DNA of 64,000 bases from NCBI GenBank assembly GCA_902571005.1, contig CACGAG010000001.1, forward strand, positions 40,449-104,448, in the 5' to 3' direction. The stretch comes from an uncultured Pelagibacteraceae bacterium (GTDB lineage Bacteria > Pseudomonadota > Alphaproteobacteria > Pelagibacterales > AG-422-B15). Positions 38,726 through 49,719 of this stretch are shown in pieces (position 1 is the stretch's first letter; each line of letters opens with the position of its first letter). The notes beneath the pieces were generated by a model, which saw only the letters and a program-made list of their open reading frames with translations, was not told the origin of the DNA and made no database searches. The position numbers and the translations under genes are program-made.

Positions 38726-39610
38726 ATGTCAGATGCAAAAATTATCGATGGAAAAGTAATTGCGGCTGATCTTAGAGCTGAAACAGCCATCAAAGTCAAA
38801 GATTTTAAAAATAAATTTAACAAAACACCAACTCTTGCTGTTGTACTTGTAGGTGAAGATCCAGCAAGCCAAGTTTATGTTAATACAAAGTCTAAAATGG
38901 CCAAAGAGATAGGAATGGATGTCGAAGATCACTTTCTCGATGTCACAGTGTCTGAAGAAAAGCTTTTGGAATTAGTTGATAAGCTTAATAATGATCAAAA
39001 AGTAAATGGAATTCTTGTCCAATTGCCACTTCCATCACACATTGACTCAAGGGCTATTATTGACGCAATTGATCCAGTAAAAGACGCTGATGGTTTTCAT
39101 GCTATAAATGTTGGCAGAAATTCAATTGGGGGCGACTTACTGAGCAAAACCTTTACCCCTTGCACACCTCTTGGATGTTATTTAATGCTTAAGAAAAGTA
39201 TTCCTGATTTAAAAGGGATGCATGCTGTAATAATTGGACGATCTAATATTGTTGGTAAACCAATGGCACAACTACTCCTTGAGGAATCATGCACTGTTAC
39301 AATTGTTCATTCTAAAACCAAAAATATTGAAGAGATTACAAAACAAGCTGACATTGTTGTTGCTGCAGTTGGAAGGCCTTTAATGGTTAAAAAAGATTGG
39401 ATCAAAGAAGGAGCTGTCGTGATTGATGTTGGCATTAATCGAGTAGACCATCCAGATAAACCAGGCAAAACAAAGCTTGTTGGAGATGTTGATTACGATG
39501 ATGTATTCAGTCTTGTGTCAGCAATTACACCCGTCCCTGGTGGTGTAGGTCCGATGACAATTGCATGTTTGTTAAAAAATACCGTTGATGCTGCATTTAG
39601 ACAGCAGTAG
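38726..39610 (+). CDS. folD: Bifunctional methylenetetrahydrofolate dehydrogenase/cyclohydrolase
   Basis: 294 aa. '[16 protein letters not shown]', 'GILVQLPLP', '[15 protein letters not shown]' and '[10 protein letters not shown]'. Confidence 0.96.
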   Translation: MSDAKIIDGKVIAADLRAETAIKVKDFKNKFNKTPTLAVVLVGEDPASQVYVNTKSKMAKEIGMDVEDHFLDVTVSEEKLLELVDKLNNDQKVNGILVQLPLPSHIDSRAIIDAIDPVKDADGFHAINVGRNSIGGDLLSKTFTPCTPLGCYLMLKKSIPDLKGMHAVIIGRSNIVGKPMAQLLLEESCTVTIVHSKTKNIEEITKQADIVVAAVGRPLMVKKDWIKEGAVVIDVGINRVDHPDKPGKTKLVGDVDYDDVFSLVSAITPVPGGVGPMTIACLLKNTVDAAFRQQ

Positions 39611-39611
39611 C

Positions 39612-40820
39612 TTATTTTTTTTCTCTTAATCTAAGAGCATTTAATTTTATAAATCCTTCAGCATCTTTTTGAGAATATACTTGATCCGATTCAAATGTTG
39701 CAAGATTTGGATTGTATAGGCTTAAAGACGATTCCCTTCCTGTAATCATTGTATTACCTTTAAAGAGTTTTAGTCTTACTTTACCCTCCACTTTTTCTTG
39801 TGATTTATCAATCATTGATTGCATCATCTCTCTTTCAGGTGAGAACCAATAACCGTTATAGACAAGCTCGGCATATTTAGGTGCTAATTCATCTTTCATA
39901 TGTGCAGCCTCTTTATCAAGCGTAATACTTTCTATTGCTCTATGTGCGTGATAGAGAATGGTTCCCCCAGGAGTTTCATAAATTCCTCTAGATTTCATGC
40001 CAATGTATCTATTTTCAACAAGATCAACTCGTCCAATTCCATGTTTTCCACCAAGCTCATTAAGAGATTTTAATATTTCAAATGGTGTTAAAGCCTTTCC
40101 GTTGAGTGCGCAGGCGTCACCTTTTTTAAATTCAATCGTTATTTCTTCTGCTTTATCAGGCGCCTCTTCAGGTGAAACACTTCTGGTGTAAACATAATCA
40201 GGCGCTTCGATCCATGGATCTTCAAGAACTTTTCCTTCTGCTGAAGAGTGCAAAATATTTTCATCAATACTGAATGGTTGTTCCCCTCTTTTATCTTTCG
40301 CTATTTCAATCCCGTGCTTATCAGCATATTCGACAAGTGATGTTCTTGATGATAAATCCCACTCTCTCCAAGGACTGATTATTTTTATATCAGGCTTATG
40401 ATAATAGTATCCAAGCTCAAATCTTATTTGATCGTTTCCTTTTCCTGTTGCACCATGGGATACCGCATCGGCTTTAATCTGATTTGCAATTTCTATTTGT
40501 TTTTTTGCAATTAGAGGTCTTGCGATAGAAGTACCGAGTAAGTAGTAGCCCTCATAAAGTGGATTAGCTCTAAACATTGGGAAGACATAATCACTTACAA
40601 ATTCTTCTTTTAGGTCTTCGATAAATATTTCTTTTGTTCCTTGCTTTTCAGCCTTTGCTTTTACTAAATCATAGTCTTCATCTTGACCTAGATTTGCTGT
40701 AAAAGTTGCCACTTCACATTGATACGTTTCTTTCAGCCACCTTAAAATTACTGATGTGTCTAAACCGCCTGAGTATGCAAGAACAACCTTATTTATTTTA
40801 TCCATTCGCTCTGAGTTCAC
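39612..40820 (-). CDS. argG: Argininosuccinate synthase
   Basis: 402 aa. '[12 protein letters not shown]' and '[14 protein letters not shown]'. The true start may be the Met five codons downstream (40805). Either start overlaps the end of rlmN. Confidence 0.95.
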   Translation of the reverse strand: MNSERMDKINKVVLAYSGGLDTSVILRWLKETYQCEVATFTANLGQDEDYDLVKAKAEKQGTKEIFIEDLKEEFVSDYVFPMFRANPLYEGYYLLGTSIARPLIAKKQIEIANQIKADAVSHGATGKGNDQIRFELGYYYHKPDIKIISPWREWDLSSRTSLVEYADKHGIEIAKDKRGEQPFSIDENILHSSAEGKVLEDPWIEAPDYVYTRSVSPEEAPDKAEEITIEFKKGDACALNGKALTPFEILKSLNELGGKHGIGRVDLVENRYIGMKSRGIYETPGGTILYHAHRAIESITLDKEAAHMKDELAPKYAELVYNGYWFSPEREMMQSMIDKSQEKVEGKVRLKLFKGNTMITGRESSLSLYNPNLATFESDQVYSQKDAEGFIKLNALRLREKK

Positions 40821-41895
40821 TTTTTCTAATTTTTATACTAGAGGATTTTAACTGACCACACGCAGCCATAATATCTTGTCCCCTTGTTTTTCTAACTGGG
40901 CTTGCATAGCCTGCATTTTTAATTATGTCACTAAATTTTTTGATTTCTTCCTTACTAGAACATTCGTAAGGCGAATTAGGCCAAGGATTAAAAGGTATAA
41001 GATTTATTTTTGCAGGAATTCCAGAAATTAGCTTAACAAGTTTATGGGCGTCATGCGCAGTATCATTTACTCCCTTTAACATGACATATTCAAAAGTTAT
41101 TCGTTTAGAATTTTTTGATCGAGGATATTCTCTACACGCTTTTATAAGATCCTTAAGAGGAAATTTCTTATTTATAGGAACAATATCATTTCTCAACTCA
41201 TCGTTTGTTGCGTGCAAAGAAATTGCCAATCTTGAGTCAACTTCGTTACCCCATTTAATAATTTCAGGAACAATGCCTGAAGTACTTAGGGTAATTCTCT
41301 TAGTAGATAACTGAATGCCTTCTCTGTCTCCCATAATTTCAGCAGCATTTTTAACATTTTCATAATTATAGAGAGGCTCTCCCATTCCCATAAATACAAT
41401 ATTTGAAATTTTACGATCTTTTCCATTCGGCCAATCTGAAAGATTATCCTTTGCCAAAAGAAGCTGTGAAATAATTTCACTTGAAGTTAAATTTCGAACC
41501 AGTTTTTGAGTTCCAGTAAAACAAAACTTACAGTTAAGTGTGCAACCAACTTGTGATGAAACACATAACGTTCCCCGATTTTCTTCAGGGATAAAAACCA
41601 TTTCAATAAGGTTGCCATCATTTAATTCCAAGAGCCATTTTTGTGTTCCATCTTTTGATATTTGATGTGTTTTAACTTTTGGTCTTTGAATAATAAAATG
41701 ATCTTTTAGTTTTTTTCTAAGATCTTTTGAAACTGTTGTCATTTTGTCAAAATCAGTTTCACCTCTAAAATAAAGCCAATGCCAAAGTTGTTTGGATCTG
41801 AATTTTTCTTTAGCCTGTATTAAATCTTTATTAATTAAAGTTTCAGATATTTCTTTAAGACTTAAACCAATTAAGTCGATTTTATCTTCTGTCAT
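40798..41895 (-). CDS. rlmN: Dual-specificity 23S rRNA A2503 / tRNA A37 C2-methyltransferase (radical SAM)
   Basis: 365 aa. '[18 protein letters not shown]' (CxxxCxxC), 'FMGMGEPL' and C-terminal 'DIMAACGQL'. Confidence 0.93.
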   Translation of the reverse strand: MTEDKIDLIGLSLKEISETLINKDLIQAKEKFRSKQLWHWLYFRGETDFDKMTTVSKDLRKKLKDHFIIQRPKVKTHQISKDGTQKWLLELNDGNLIEMVFIPEENRGTLCVSSQVGCTLNCKFCFTGTQKLVRNLTSSEIISQLLLAKDNLSDWPNGKDRKISNIVFMGMGEPLYNYENVKNAAEIMGDREGIQLSTKRITLSTSGIVPEIIKWGNEVDSRLAISLHATNDELRNDIVPINKKFPLKDLIKACREYPRSKNSKRITFEYVMLKGVNDTAHDAHKLVKLISGIPAKINLIPFNPWPNSPYECSSKEEIKKFSDIIKNAGYASPVRKTRGQDIMAACGQLKSSSIKIRKSELRANG

Positions 41896-41901
41896 TGTAT
41901 T

Positions 41902-42420
41902 TTAAGAGCAGGCTTTATCGATTGCTGCTAATGCTTTTGTGAATCCGATTAAAGAATATGTATCTGTAATTTTTGTTCCACGGCTTGAGGTGCTTTTAAC
42001 TTTCACGCGCGCTCCATTTTTCATATCCTTAATGAGTTGTTTGCCGTTCTCTCCATCTGCTAACCAAGCTCTTGATTCAACTGTAAAAAATTTATACTTA
42101 CTACTACCAATACTTACTTCGACCATACTCTTAGGTTTGAAAGTAAAACCTGTATCCACACTTGGTTCATGAAAAGTCTTATCATCTTTGAAATTCGTGA
42201 TCATCAGAGCGTGCTCGCCACGATTAAGATCGGACGGGTTCGTCGCTATCGGCTCTGATATGATATAGCAAATCTTTGCTGTACCATCTTTAAACTCTTT
42301 AGCTTGCCATGCGCCACTTTTGCCAAATGAGCCCAGATGTACGACATCAATTACTGCAAAAGCACTTATTGAACTCAACAGTAAAATTGATAGAATAAGT
42401 TTGAAATTTATTAATTTCAT
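41902..42420 (-). CDS. Invasion-associated locus B (IalB) family periplasmic protein
   Basis: 172 aa with a signal peptide. Size and pattern ('GAWQAKEF...CYIISEP', C-terminal 'GFTKALAAIDKAC') resemble the alphaproteobacterial IalB family. From memory. Confidence 0.6.
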   Translation of the reverse strand: MKLINFKLILSILLLSSISAFAVIDVVHLGSFGKSGAWQAKEFKDGTAKICYIISEPIATNPSDLNRGEHALMITNFKDDKTFHEPSVDTGFTFKPKSMVEVSIGSSKYKFFTVESRAWLADGENGKQLIKDMKNGARVKVKSTSSRGTKITDTYSLIGFTKALAAIDKACS

Positions 42421-42450
42421 AATCGCTAATTTATATCGAGATTCACAATT

Positions 42451-43467
42451 ATGAAAGCAATTGTTTGTAAAGAATTTGGCCCACCAAGCTCGCTAGTTTA
42501 CGAAGATGTTGAGTTACCTGAACTTAAAAAAAGTCAAATACAGATAGATGTACACTCTGCTGGAGTCAATTTTCCAGACACTTTAATTATTCAAGATAAA
42601 TATCAAGTTAAACCTCCTCTACCTTTTTCGCCAGGTGGTGAAATCTCAGGAGTCATTAGTGCAACAGGTGAAAGCGTTTCTGATTGGAAAGTTGGTGATG
42701 AGGTAGTTGCGATGATAGGCTTTGGTGGTTTTAGGGAACAAGTAATAACAAGTCCATCCAATATATTCCGGAAACCAAGCAGCATGGACTTTACCACCGC
42801 TTCATGTTTTACATTAACTTACGGAACATCACACTATGCTCTAAAAAATCGTGGTCAACTTAAGGAGGGTGAAAATTTACTTGTCCTAGGAGCTGCGGGT
42901 GGTGTTGGTATATCAGCTGTTGAAATTGGAAAAGCAATGGGCGCAAGAGTAATTGCTGGTGCATCTTCTGATGAAAAATTAGAAGTATGCAAAGAGTATG
43001 GAGCTGATGAGGTTATTAATTATGGCAACTATGATTTAACTAATCGAGATCATGTGAAAGAATTTAGAGCAGAAATTTCAAAAGCAACTGATGGTAAAGG
43101 ACCAGATGTGATTTACGACCCGGTTGGGGCAGATTTCACTGAGCCCGCTTTACGAAGTATTGCATGGAATGGAAGATTTTTGGTAATAGGTTGGGCTGCG
43201 GGCTATATTCCAAAAATACCAATGAATCTATACCTAATTAAGGGCTGTTCTGCTGTTGGTGTATTTTGGGGTCAATTTACAGCTTTAGAGCCACAGGAGC
43301 ATTTAGCCAATATGAACCAACTTACTGGTTGGTATGAAGAGGGAAAATTAAAAGCCCCAGTAACTGAAGTGTTGCCGCTTGAAAAGGGTCAACAGGCTTT
43401 GGAGACCATCCTAGCTCGTAAGGCTACTGGAAAAATTGCACTAACAACATCTTTTTATAAATCGTAG
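42451..43467 (+). CDS. NADPH:quinone oxidoreductase (MDR/zeta-crystallin family)
   Basis: 338 aa. 'VHSAGVNFPD' and 'LVLGAAGGVGISAVEIGKAMGARVIA' cofactor motif. Confidence 0.85.
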   Translation: MKAIVCKEFGPPSSLVYEDVELPELKKSQIQIDVHSAGVNFPDTLIIQDKYQVKPPLPFSPGGEISGVISATGESVSDWKVGDEVVAMIGFGGFREQVITSPSNIFRKPSSMDFTTASCFTLTYGTSHYALKNRGQLKEGENLLVLGAAGGVGISAVEIGKAMGARVIAGASSDEKLEVCKEYGADEVINYGNYDLTNRDHVKEFRAEISKATDGKGPDVIYDPVGADFTEPALRSIAWNGRFLVIGWAAGYIPKIPMNLYLIKGCSAVGVFWGQFTALEPQEHLANMNQLTGWYEEGKLKAPVTEVLPLEKGQQALETILARKATGKIALTTSFYKS

Positions 43468-43497
43468 GTATCTAACGTAGACACACTGGTTTACTAA

Positions 43498-46400
43498 ATG
43501 ACACATCAAAATAATTATAGAATAAGCAAAGTTATATTTTTCTCATTTTTATTTATTTTTTTATTTCTTATTTCTAGTGCAAATGCAGCTGACAGGTTTT
43601 GGGTTGCTAGTGGGAGTGGAGATAAGATTTGGTGGGATAATAATAACTGGTCCAATCAATCGGGGGGTACCCCAGGAGCAAACCCACCGTCAGGTTCCGA
43701 TAGAGCTTATTTTGATGCCAATAGTACACTGGATGTTAACGTAACCACTAATGTCACAGTTAACAAATTAATTATGCGACGTGGATACACTGGTACAATA
43801 AATATCAATATACCGAGTGGACAATTCAATGCTAAACAAGGGGTTGTTCACAGTGGGGGGACTATAATAGTTTCAGATGGAGAGCTTAGATCTGGAAAAG
43901 CATATACGTTAGGCGCTGGCGGTTATGGTCCTACACTCACTTTTACAGGCAATACTAGTAAATTCAGATTAAATCACAATTTTGTAATGTATAACGGATC
44001 TACATTTACTGCTCCTGGAGCTGGTGCCTCTCGTTTTATTTTAAAAGGTGGCTTTCGGCTTAATGGGGGAACATTTTATCATAATGACGGCACACTAAGG
44101 ATGAACCCTAGATACGACGGTCCGGGTGAAAGTGCTTTAGGTGCAGGAATTACAATCTCTGGTGGTCCTGGTCCTAACAAAAATTTTTATAATTTAACTA
44201 AAGGCGTTAATAAAAACGTAACTCTTTACAGCGATATTGAAGTGGAAAATAAATTACAGGTTGTTGGAACAGGAAGGCTCAGGGCTAATGGACACGATAT
44301 AACCGTTGGTGGTGATTGGGATATGCAAAATAGCACAAATTTTGTACCAAGCACTGGACAAGTTATTTTTAATGGATCCTCAGCGCAAACTATTGATATG
44401 CCCGATAATTTTAGCAATTTAACTATAGCCAATACTGCCGGGGTTGTATCGTTAATAGGAAATAGTCAATTAAGAGTTAGTGGAACACTTACCATAAACA
44501 ATGAAGCTAATTTTGACATTAATGGTAAAAATTTAAGAAAAAATGCATCAAATACTAACCCAGTTACGCTTGTCAATAACGGTAACTTGCAACTTCAAGG
44601 AAATGAAACCGTTTATATTACACCAGACACTGATAGTGGAACTGTAACCTATGATGGTTCCGGGGCTACTGGCTTAGCAGCGGGTAACAGTTATTTTAAT
44701 TTAGTTTTTAATCAATCAGGTACATCGACACTTGATGCTAATTTAGATGTTAATGGCGACCTCACCATAACAAGTGGAACATTAGATGCGAGCACTAGTA
44801 ACCATGATATTGCTGTGGGAGGCGACTGGACAAATAATGGTAGTTTTATATCTCGCTCAGGAACAGTAACTTTTGATAATAATTCAAATGTATTTTCTGG
44901 AGGCACTGGCGCAAGTAATGATTTTAATGATGTTGTTTTAAGTGGTTCAGCAGGCAGCCAATCAGATAATATGAAAGTTAATGGAGATTTTACTATATCT
45001 TCTTCTGGTACTTGGTCAACGAACTGTAACACACTCACAGTTGATGGAAATCAGGATGCAGGAATTGGTACAATAGCAAACTCGCTCACTCCAGATGTTG
45101 ACTCATTTATCCCAGCGAATGGAAACTCAACACATGCTGCAGGAGATAATATAACAATTAATTTTAATACAGGATTAAGAAAAGCTAGTGACGACAGTGA
45201 TTTAACTAATTCTAATATCGATGCCCATATTACACTAAAAGATACAAACTCAAGTGGAGCAGATATTTCTTTTGATGCAACAATTGATGCTTCTGATCAA
45301 GTCGTTACTATTAATCCTGACGCTAATTTTAACAGCTCTCAAGTTGTGTATGTTGCTGTTACTGATAACACTCTTGAAAACGCTTGCAATACAGCTTTGC
45401 CTGCCCACTCTGCAACATTTACAGTAGCTGATACTGAAGGTCCTACATTAAGCTCATCGAACCCTGCTGATGGGGCTACTACTATGGGAGTCAATTCAAA
45501 TATAGTACTCACATTTAATGAGTCTGTAACTGCTATCGCAACTAAAAATATTACAATTTATTCAGGAGACACTCTAATTGAAACTATTGATGCAACAGAC
45601 CCAAAAGTAACAGGTTCTGGATCAACAGAAATTACAATTAATCCTGCTACTACTTTAGATGAAAAAACTGATTATTATATTAAAATTGATTCAGGGTCAT
45701 TTGAAGATAGCTCGGGCAATCCTTATGCTGGAATATTAAATAATACTGACTTAAATTTTACAACTGCTGATACGACAGCCCCTGTTGTAACAATCACTCC
45801 ATCAAACGGCCAAACAGGAATCGGAATGAACACCAACATTACGATCGAATTTGATGAAGCAATTAGAAAATCTGATGATAGTGAAATAACTGATACAAGC
45901 GTGGATGATCACATCATTCTCAAAGAAACAGATTCTAGTGGAGCAAATATTTCTTTTGATGCAACAATTAATACCGCTAAAACAATCATAACGATTGATC
46001 CAACAAGTGATTTTTCAAGTTCACAAACAATATATGCAGCCATTAAAGCCGAAGTTGAAGATTCTTCAGATAACGCAATAAGTCTATCTGAAACATCATT
46101 TACAACTGCTACGCCCACTAATCCTCCAACAGTTTCTATAAGCGCTGAAGCAGGCGTTCCTGTGAATACTAATATAACAATTGAATTCGACAAATCAGTC
46201 AGGTTGCTAAGTGATGAGGAATTATTAGATACCAATGTTGGCAGCTTAATATCTCTTAAAGATACGGATGTTAATGGTAATAATATTAGCTTTGTTGCAA
46301 CAGTTAACTCCGCTAAAACAAAAATCACCATCAATCCAGTAGGTAATTTTACAAGTGGGCAAACAATTTATGCTGCAATTGGAGCAACCGTTGAAGATTT

Positions 46401-49400
46401 TTTCGACAACGCTATTAGTGCTGCATCAGCAACATTTACGGTTGCAGACAATCTACCACCTACATATGTATTTAACCCTCCAGATACTGAAATAAATGTT
46501 GCAGTAAGTTCAAATCTGACAATTACTTTTAATGAAGCTGTAAGAAATATTAATGATACAGCTTTAACCGATAGCAATGTGGACAGTTTAATAACATTAA
46601 AAGATACCGACGCAAATGGATCGAATATTGCATTTAACGCAACAATTGATGCAGATAAGAAAATTATAACAATAAACCCAACTAGTAATTTTTCTAGTGA
46701 GCAAGAAGTCTATTTAGCAATCGGTGCAACAGTTGAAGATTCTTCAGATAATGCAATAACTTCAGGAAGTTCATCATTCACGGCAGTTGATTCAAATCCT
46801 CCTGATGTGGAATTCTTTCCAACCAACTCATCAACTGGTGTAGCAGTTAACTCTGATGTGACCATTTCTTTTTCTGAACCTATTAGAAACACAGACGATA
46901 CACCCGTTACCGACTCAAATGTTGATGCTTTAATCACATTGAAACAAACTAATTCTTCTGGGTCAGATATATCGTTCTCAGCTGTTATTGACGATGCAAA
47001 ACAAATGATAACAATTACCCCATCAAGTGAGTTTTCAAGTGAGCAAGTTGTCTATGTGGCAATCGGTACAACTGTTGAGGATGAATGGGATAATGCAATA
47101 AGTGCGTCTTCGTCGACATTTACTACGGCAGATGCAACTGCACCAAGTGTAAACTTTGATCCTGAGGATACCGCAACTGGAATTCCCATTGAATCTAATG
47201 TCACACTTACATTTTCTGAAGCTATTAGAAACGTCGATGATACGGCTATTACAAATTCTAATGTTGGTGACTTAATCACTCTTGAATATGCATATGATGG
47301 TATACCTATTGCTTTTTCAGCCACTATTGATGCGACAAAAAAAGTAATCACTATTAATCCTGATAGTGATTTTATAAGTGGTGAAGTTGTATTTGTGTCA
47401 ATTGAGTCTGTAGAAGATAATTCAGGAAATGCAATGAGTTCCACATCTGGTACCTTCAGTGTTACGGATGTCACTCCTCCAGTTGTTGCCTTCAGCCCTG
47501 CAAACTTAGCGACCAATGTATCTGTTGATACAGACATCTACATATCATTTGATGAAGAAATAAGGCTTATTGATAACTCCGATATAAATAATATCAATGT
47601 CGATAATCTTATAACGCTAAAAGATACTAATTCTAGCGGAACCGACATATCTTTTGATGCAACGATTAATGCCAATAATAAACTAATAACAATCGATCTA
47701 ACGAACGATTTATCGAGTGAGCAGATTGTATATGTTGGTATTGGTTCAACAGTTGAGGACTCTTATGATAATGCCATCTCAAATTCATTTGCAATATTTA
47801 CTGTAGGAGATTCTCTTCCACCGACGGTAAGTATTGATGCTGTTATTACAGCATCTATTGCTACTAATTCTGATATTACATTTACTTTTAGTGAGCCTGT
47901 TCGAAATCTTGACGACACTGAAATAACTAATTTAAACGTTGGAAGCTTAATTACTCTTAAAGATACCGATGCCAATGGTACAGATCTTTCATTTACCGCT
48001 TCAATAAATTCAGCTAAGACTGTGATAACAATTGATCCAACAAATAATTTTACAAGCGGTCAAATAATTTATGCCGCTATTGGTGCAACAGTAGAAGATT
48101 TTAATAATAACGTCATACCCGCCACCAGCAAAACTTTTACAGCAGAGTACTTAGTCGAAGATTTAACAAACCCTATGAGTGATAAGGATTTTGTTGGACT
48201 TCTGAAAGCTCAAGCTGAAACAGCAAAAAGATTTATTCAACAAACTACTTCTTCAATCTTTAAACGTATAGAGTGGTTAAGAAGAAACAAAGATAAAAGT
48301 GAGTTATCCCATCAGGGAGTAAGTATTAATTTTAGTAACTCAGATCTGAATGGAATTTCAAACGCACTGCAATTTTCAAAACTCATTAATCAATCTGGAG
48401 ATTTATTTTCAAACAATTGGTCCGTATGGAGTGAGGGAAATATTTCCGTCGGTGAGATTGACTCTGATGGTATTTCTTCACTTAGAGATATTACAACAAA
48501 CGGCATAACTCTAGGAATAGACAATAAAATTGATGATAATCATATTTTGGGAGCTGCATTTAGAGTCGGCAAAGATGATGTTAATGTTGGATCCTCAGGC
48601 CATTCTTTGGATACTGATGCGTATAGTTTATCCTTTTACGCAACTGCTCCACACAATGATCAAACATACATTGATATAAATGTTGGACTTGGATTATTAG
48701 AAATGGATCTTTCTCGATCTCACGCGTCTGGAACTATATTAGGCAATAGAGATGGAAAGCAATTGTATGGCTCTATAGTTTATAGTGCAGAGCTTGAGAA
48801 AAATGATATTAATTTATCGCCTTATGGCAGAATTGATGGAGGTTATACTAAGTTATCCAGCTTTAGCGAAAAAGGAACAATTGCTGCCTTAAGATATGAC
48901 GAACAAACAATTAAAACAGCCATTATCTCTCTTGGAATATTAGCTGACGACGAAATAAAATTTAATGACTTAAATCTTAACACATACGGTCGACTTGAAT
49001 ACGGAAGAGATGTCAGCTCTTCTTCAAATGCCAGTGTTTCTTACATAGCCTTGCCTAATACAATTTATTCTCTCAAGGTTGAAGATGAGAAATCTAGTAA
49101 TATTAGAGCTGCACTTGGAACAGATATAGAAACCCCGAGCGAATGGTTTTATCAATTAGATTATGAGCTTAACTACAGACCAGGTTCTTCACAAATGAAT
49201 AGCTTTAGCGTTTCGGCTTCTTACGAGCTAGATTTAGAAAGTATGATAAACTTATCTTTAAATAGTGAGCCATCGTCATATTCAACAGCAAGAATTGAGC
49301 TTGATTCAAGATTGATGAATGGATGGTTTTTAAATGGATCTTACGAATTCATAGATCGATATGATCTAAGTAATGAAAATTCAATAAGTCTAAAAGCTGT

Positions 49401-49413
49401 AAGATATTTTTAA
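43498..49413 (+). CDS. Giant autotransporter-type surface protein: signal peptide, beta-helix-like N-region, 9 tandem Ig-like repeats, C-terminal beta-barrel
   Basis: 1971 aa. Signal peptide ...FLISSANA. N-terminal 'RFWVASGSGDKIWWDNNNWSNQSGG'. Repeats occupy aa ~533-1551. The C-terminal ~280 aa show the autotransporter barrel pattern ('WSVWSEGNISVGE', 'GITLGIDNKI...GAAFRVG', terminal '...SLKAVRYF'). Confidence 0.85.
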   Translation: MTHQNNYRISKVIFFSFLFIFLFLISSANAADRFWVASGSGDKIWWDNNNWSNQSGGTPGANPPSGSDRAYFDANSTLDVNVTTNVTVNKLIMRRGYTGTININIPSGQFNAKQGVVHSGGTIIVSDGELRSGKAYTLGAGGYGPTLTFTGNTSKFRLNHNFVMYNGSTFTAPGAGASRFILKGGFRLNGGTFYHNDGTLRMNPRYDGPGESALGAGITISGGPGPNKNFYNLTKGVNKNVTLYSDIEVENKLQVVGTGRLRANGHDITVGGDWDMQNSTNFVPSTGQVIFNGSSAQTIDMPDNFSNLTIANTAGVVSLIGNSQLRVSGTLTINNEANFDINGKNLRKNASNTNPVTLVNNGNLQLQGNETVYITPDTDSGTVTYDGSGATGLAAGNSYFNLVFNQSGTSTLDANLDVNGDLTITSGTLDASTSNHDIAVGGDWTNNGSFISRSGTVTFDNNSNVFSGGTGASNDFNDVVLSGSAGSQSDNMKVNGDFTISSSGTWSTNCNTLTVDGNQDAGIGTIANSLTPDVDSFIPANGNSTHAAGDNITINFNTGLRKASDDSDLTNSNIDAHITLKDTNSSGADISFDATIDASDQVVTINPDANFNSSQVVYVAVTDNTLENACNTALPAHSATFTVADTEGPTLSSSNPADGATTMGVNSNIVLTFNESVTAIATKNITIYSGDTLIETIDATDPKVTGSGSTEITINPATTLDEKTDYYIKIDSGSFEDSSGNPYAGILNNTDLNFTTADTTAPVVTITPSNGQTGIGMNTNITIEFDEAIRKSDDSEITDTSVDDHIILKETDSSGANISFDATINTAKTIITIDPTSDFSSSQTIYAAIKAEVEDSSDNAISLSETSFTTATPTNPPTVSISAEAGVPVNTNITIEFDKSVRLLSDEELLDTNVGSLISLKDTDVNGNNISFVATVNSAKTKITINPVGNFTSGQTIYAAIGATVEDFFDNAISAASATFTVADNLPPTYVFNPPDTEINVAVSSNLTITFNEAVRNINDTALTDSNVDSLITLKDTDANGSNIAFNATIDADKKIITINPTSNFSSEQEVYLAIGATVEDSSDNAITSGSSSFTAVDSNPPDVEFFPTNSSTGVAVNSDVTISFSEPIRNTDDTPVTDSNVDALITLKQTNSSGSDISFSAVIDDAKQMITITPSSEFSSEQVVYVAIGTTVEDEWDNAISASSSTFTTADATAPSVNFDPEDTATGIPIESNVTLTFSEAIRNVDDTAITNSNVGDLITLEYAYDGIPIAFSATIDATKKVITINPDSDFISGEVVFVSIESVEDNSGNAMSSTSGTFSVTDVTPPVVAFSPANLATNVSVDTDIYISFDEEIRLIDNSDINNINVDNLITLKDTNSSGTDISFDATINANNKLITIDLTNDLSSEQIVYVGIGSTVEDSYDNAISNSFAIFTVGDSLPPTVSIDAVITASIATNSDITFTFSEPVRNLDDTEITNLNVGSLITLKDTDANGTDLSFTASINSAKTVITIDPTNNFTSGQIIYAAIGATVEDFNNNVIPATSKTFTAEYLVEDLTNPMSDKDFVGLLKAQAETAKRFIQQTTSSIFKRIEWLRRNKDKSELSHQGVSINFSNSDLNGISNALQFSKLINQSGDLFSNNWSVWSEGNISVGEIDSDGISSLRDITTNGITLGIDNKIDDNHILGAAFRVGKDDVNVGSSGHSLDTDAYSLSFYATAPHNDQTYIDINVGLGLLEMDLSRSHASGTILGNRDGKQLYGSIVYSAELEKNDINLSPYGRIDGGYTKLSSFSEKGTIAALRYDEQTIKTAIISLGILADDEIKFNDLNLNTYGRLEYGRDVSSSSNASVSYIALPNTIYSLKVEDEKSSNIRAALGTDIETPSEWFYQLDYELNYRPGSSQMNSFSVSASYELDLESMINLSLNSEPSSYSTARIELDSRLMNGWFLNGSYEFIDRYDLSNENSISLKAVRYF
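45094..48150 (+). repeat. Nine tandem ~113-aa (~340-nt) Ig-like (SbsA/Big_5-like) coding repeats inside the autotransporter gene
   Basis: Recurrent block '...N(V/I)(D/G)xLITLKDT(D/N)xxG(S/T)(D/N)ISF(D/T)ATI(N/D)xxKxxITI(N/D)PTxxFSSxQx(V/I)Y(A/V)AIGATVEDxxDNAI...FT(V/T)AD...PP'. Unit 2 (aa ~650-760) is a divergent subtype. The units are diverged at DNA level. Confidence 0.85.
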
Positions 49414-49434
49414 TTAATTATCTATGGTGTCCAC

Positions 49435-49719
49435 TTACTGTTTTTGATTCATTTCTCTGGCCATATCCAAGTCCAGATTTGTCACTCCACCAGCGTCGTG
49501 AGTTGATAAAGTAACTTCGACAGTACTGTAGACATTAAACCATTCTGGATGATGATCTTTTTTTTCTGCATAGATTGCCATTGATGTCATCCAACCAAAA
49601 GCTTCTTGAAAGTCACTAAACTTAAATGTTTTAGTAATAGCACTTCGACCTTTGACTAATTTCCAACCAGGGAGTCTTTTTAATTTTTTTGTAAGTTCAG
49701 TTTTGGAGATTTTTTTCAT
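49435..49719 (-). CDS. phhB: 4a-hydroxytetrahydrobiopterin (pterin-4a-carbinolamine) dehydratase
   Basis: 94 aa. 'WKLV...[32 protein letters not shown]' is the PCD signature. Confidence 0.88.
   Translation of the reverse strand: MKKISKTELTKKLKRLPGWKLVKGRSAITKTFKFSDFQEAFGWMTSMAIYAEKKDHHPEWFNVYSTVEVTLSTHDAGGVTNLDLDMAREMNQKQ

Noticed and set aside
44226-47975. Series of 68-161-aa minus-strand ORFs (e.g. 44712-45038, 45909-46334, 47052-47537) inside the giant gene
   Set aside because: They lie antisense to a long, motif-rich plus-strand frame. Their products are low-complexity S/V/A/T strings without starts or RBS context. This is typical of stop-poor antisense frames in repetitive Thr/Ser/Asp-rich coding DNA.
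45094-48150. Possible CRISPR array or non-coding tandem DNA repeat
   Set aside because: The periodicity is ~340 nt and exists at protein level inside one continuous ORF. The units are diverged at DNA level, and there are no short identical direct repeats with unique spacers.
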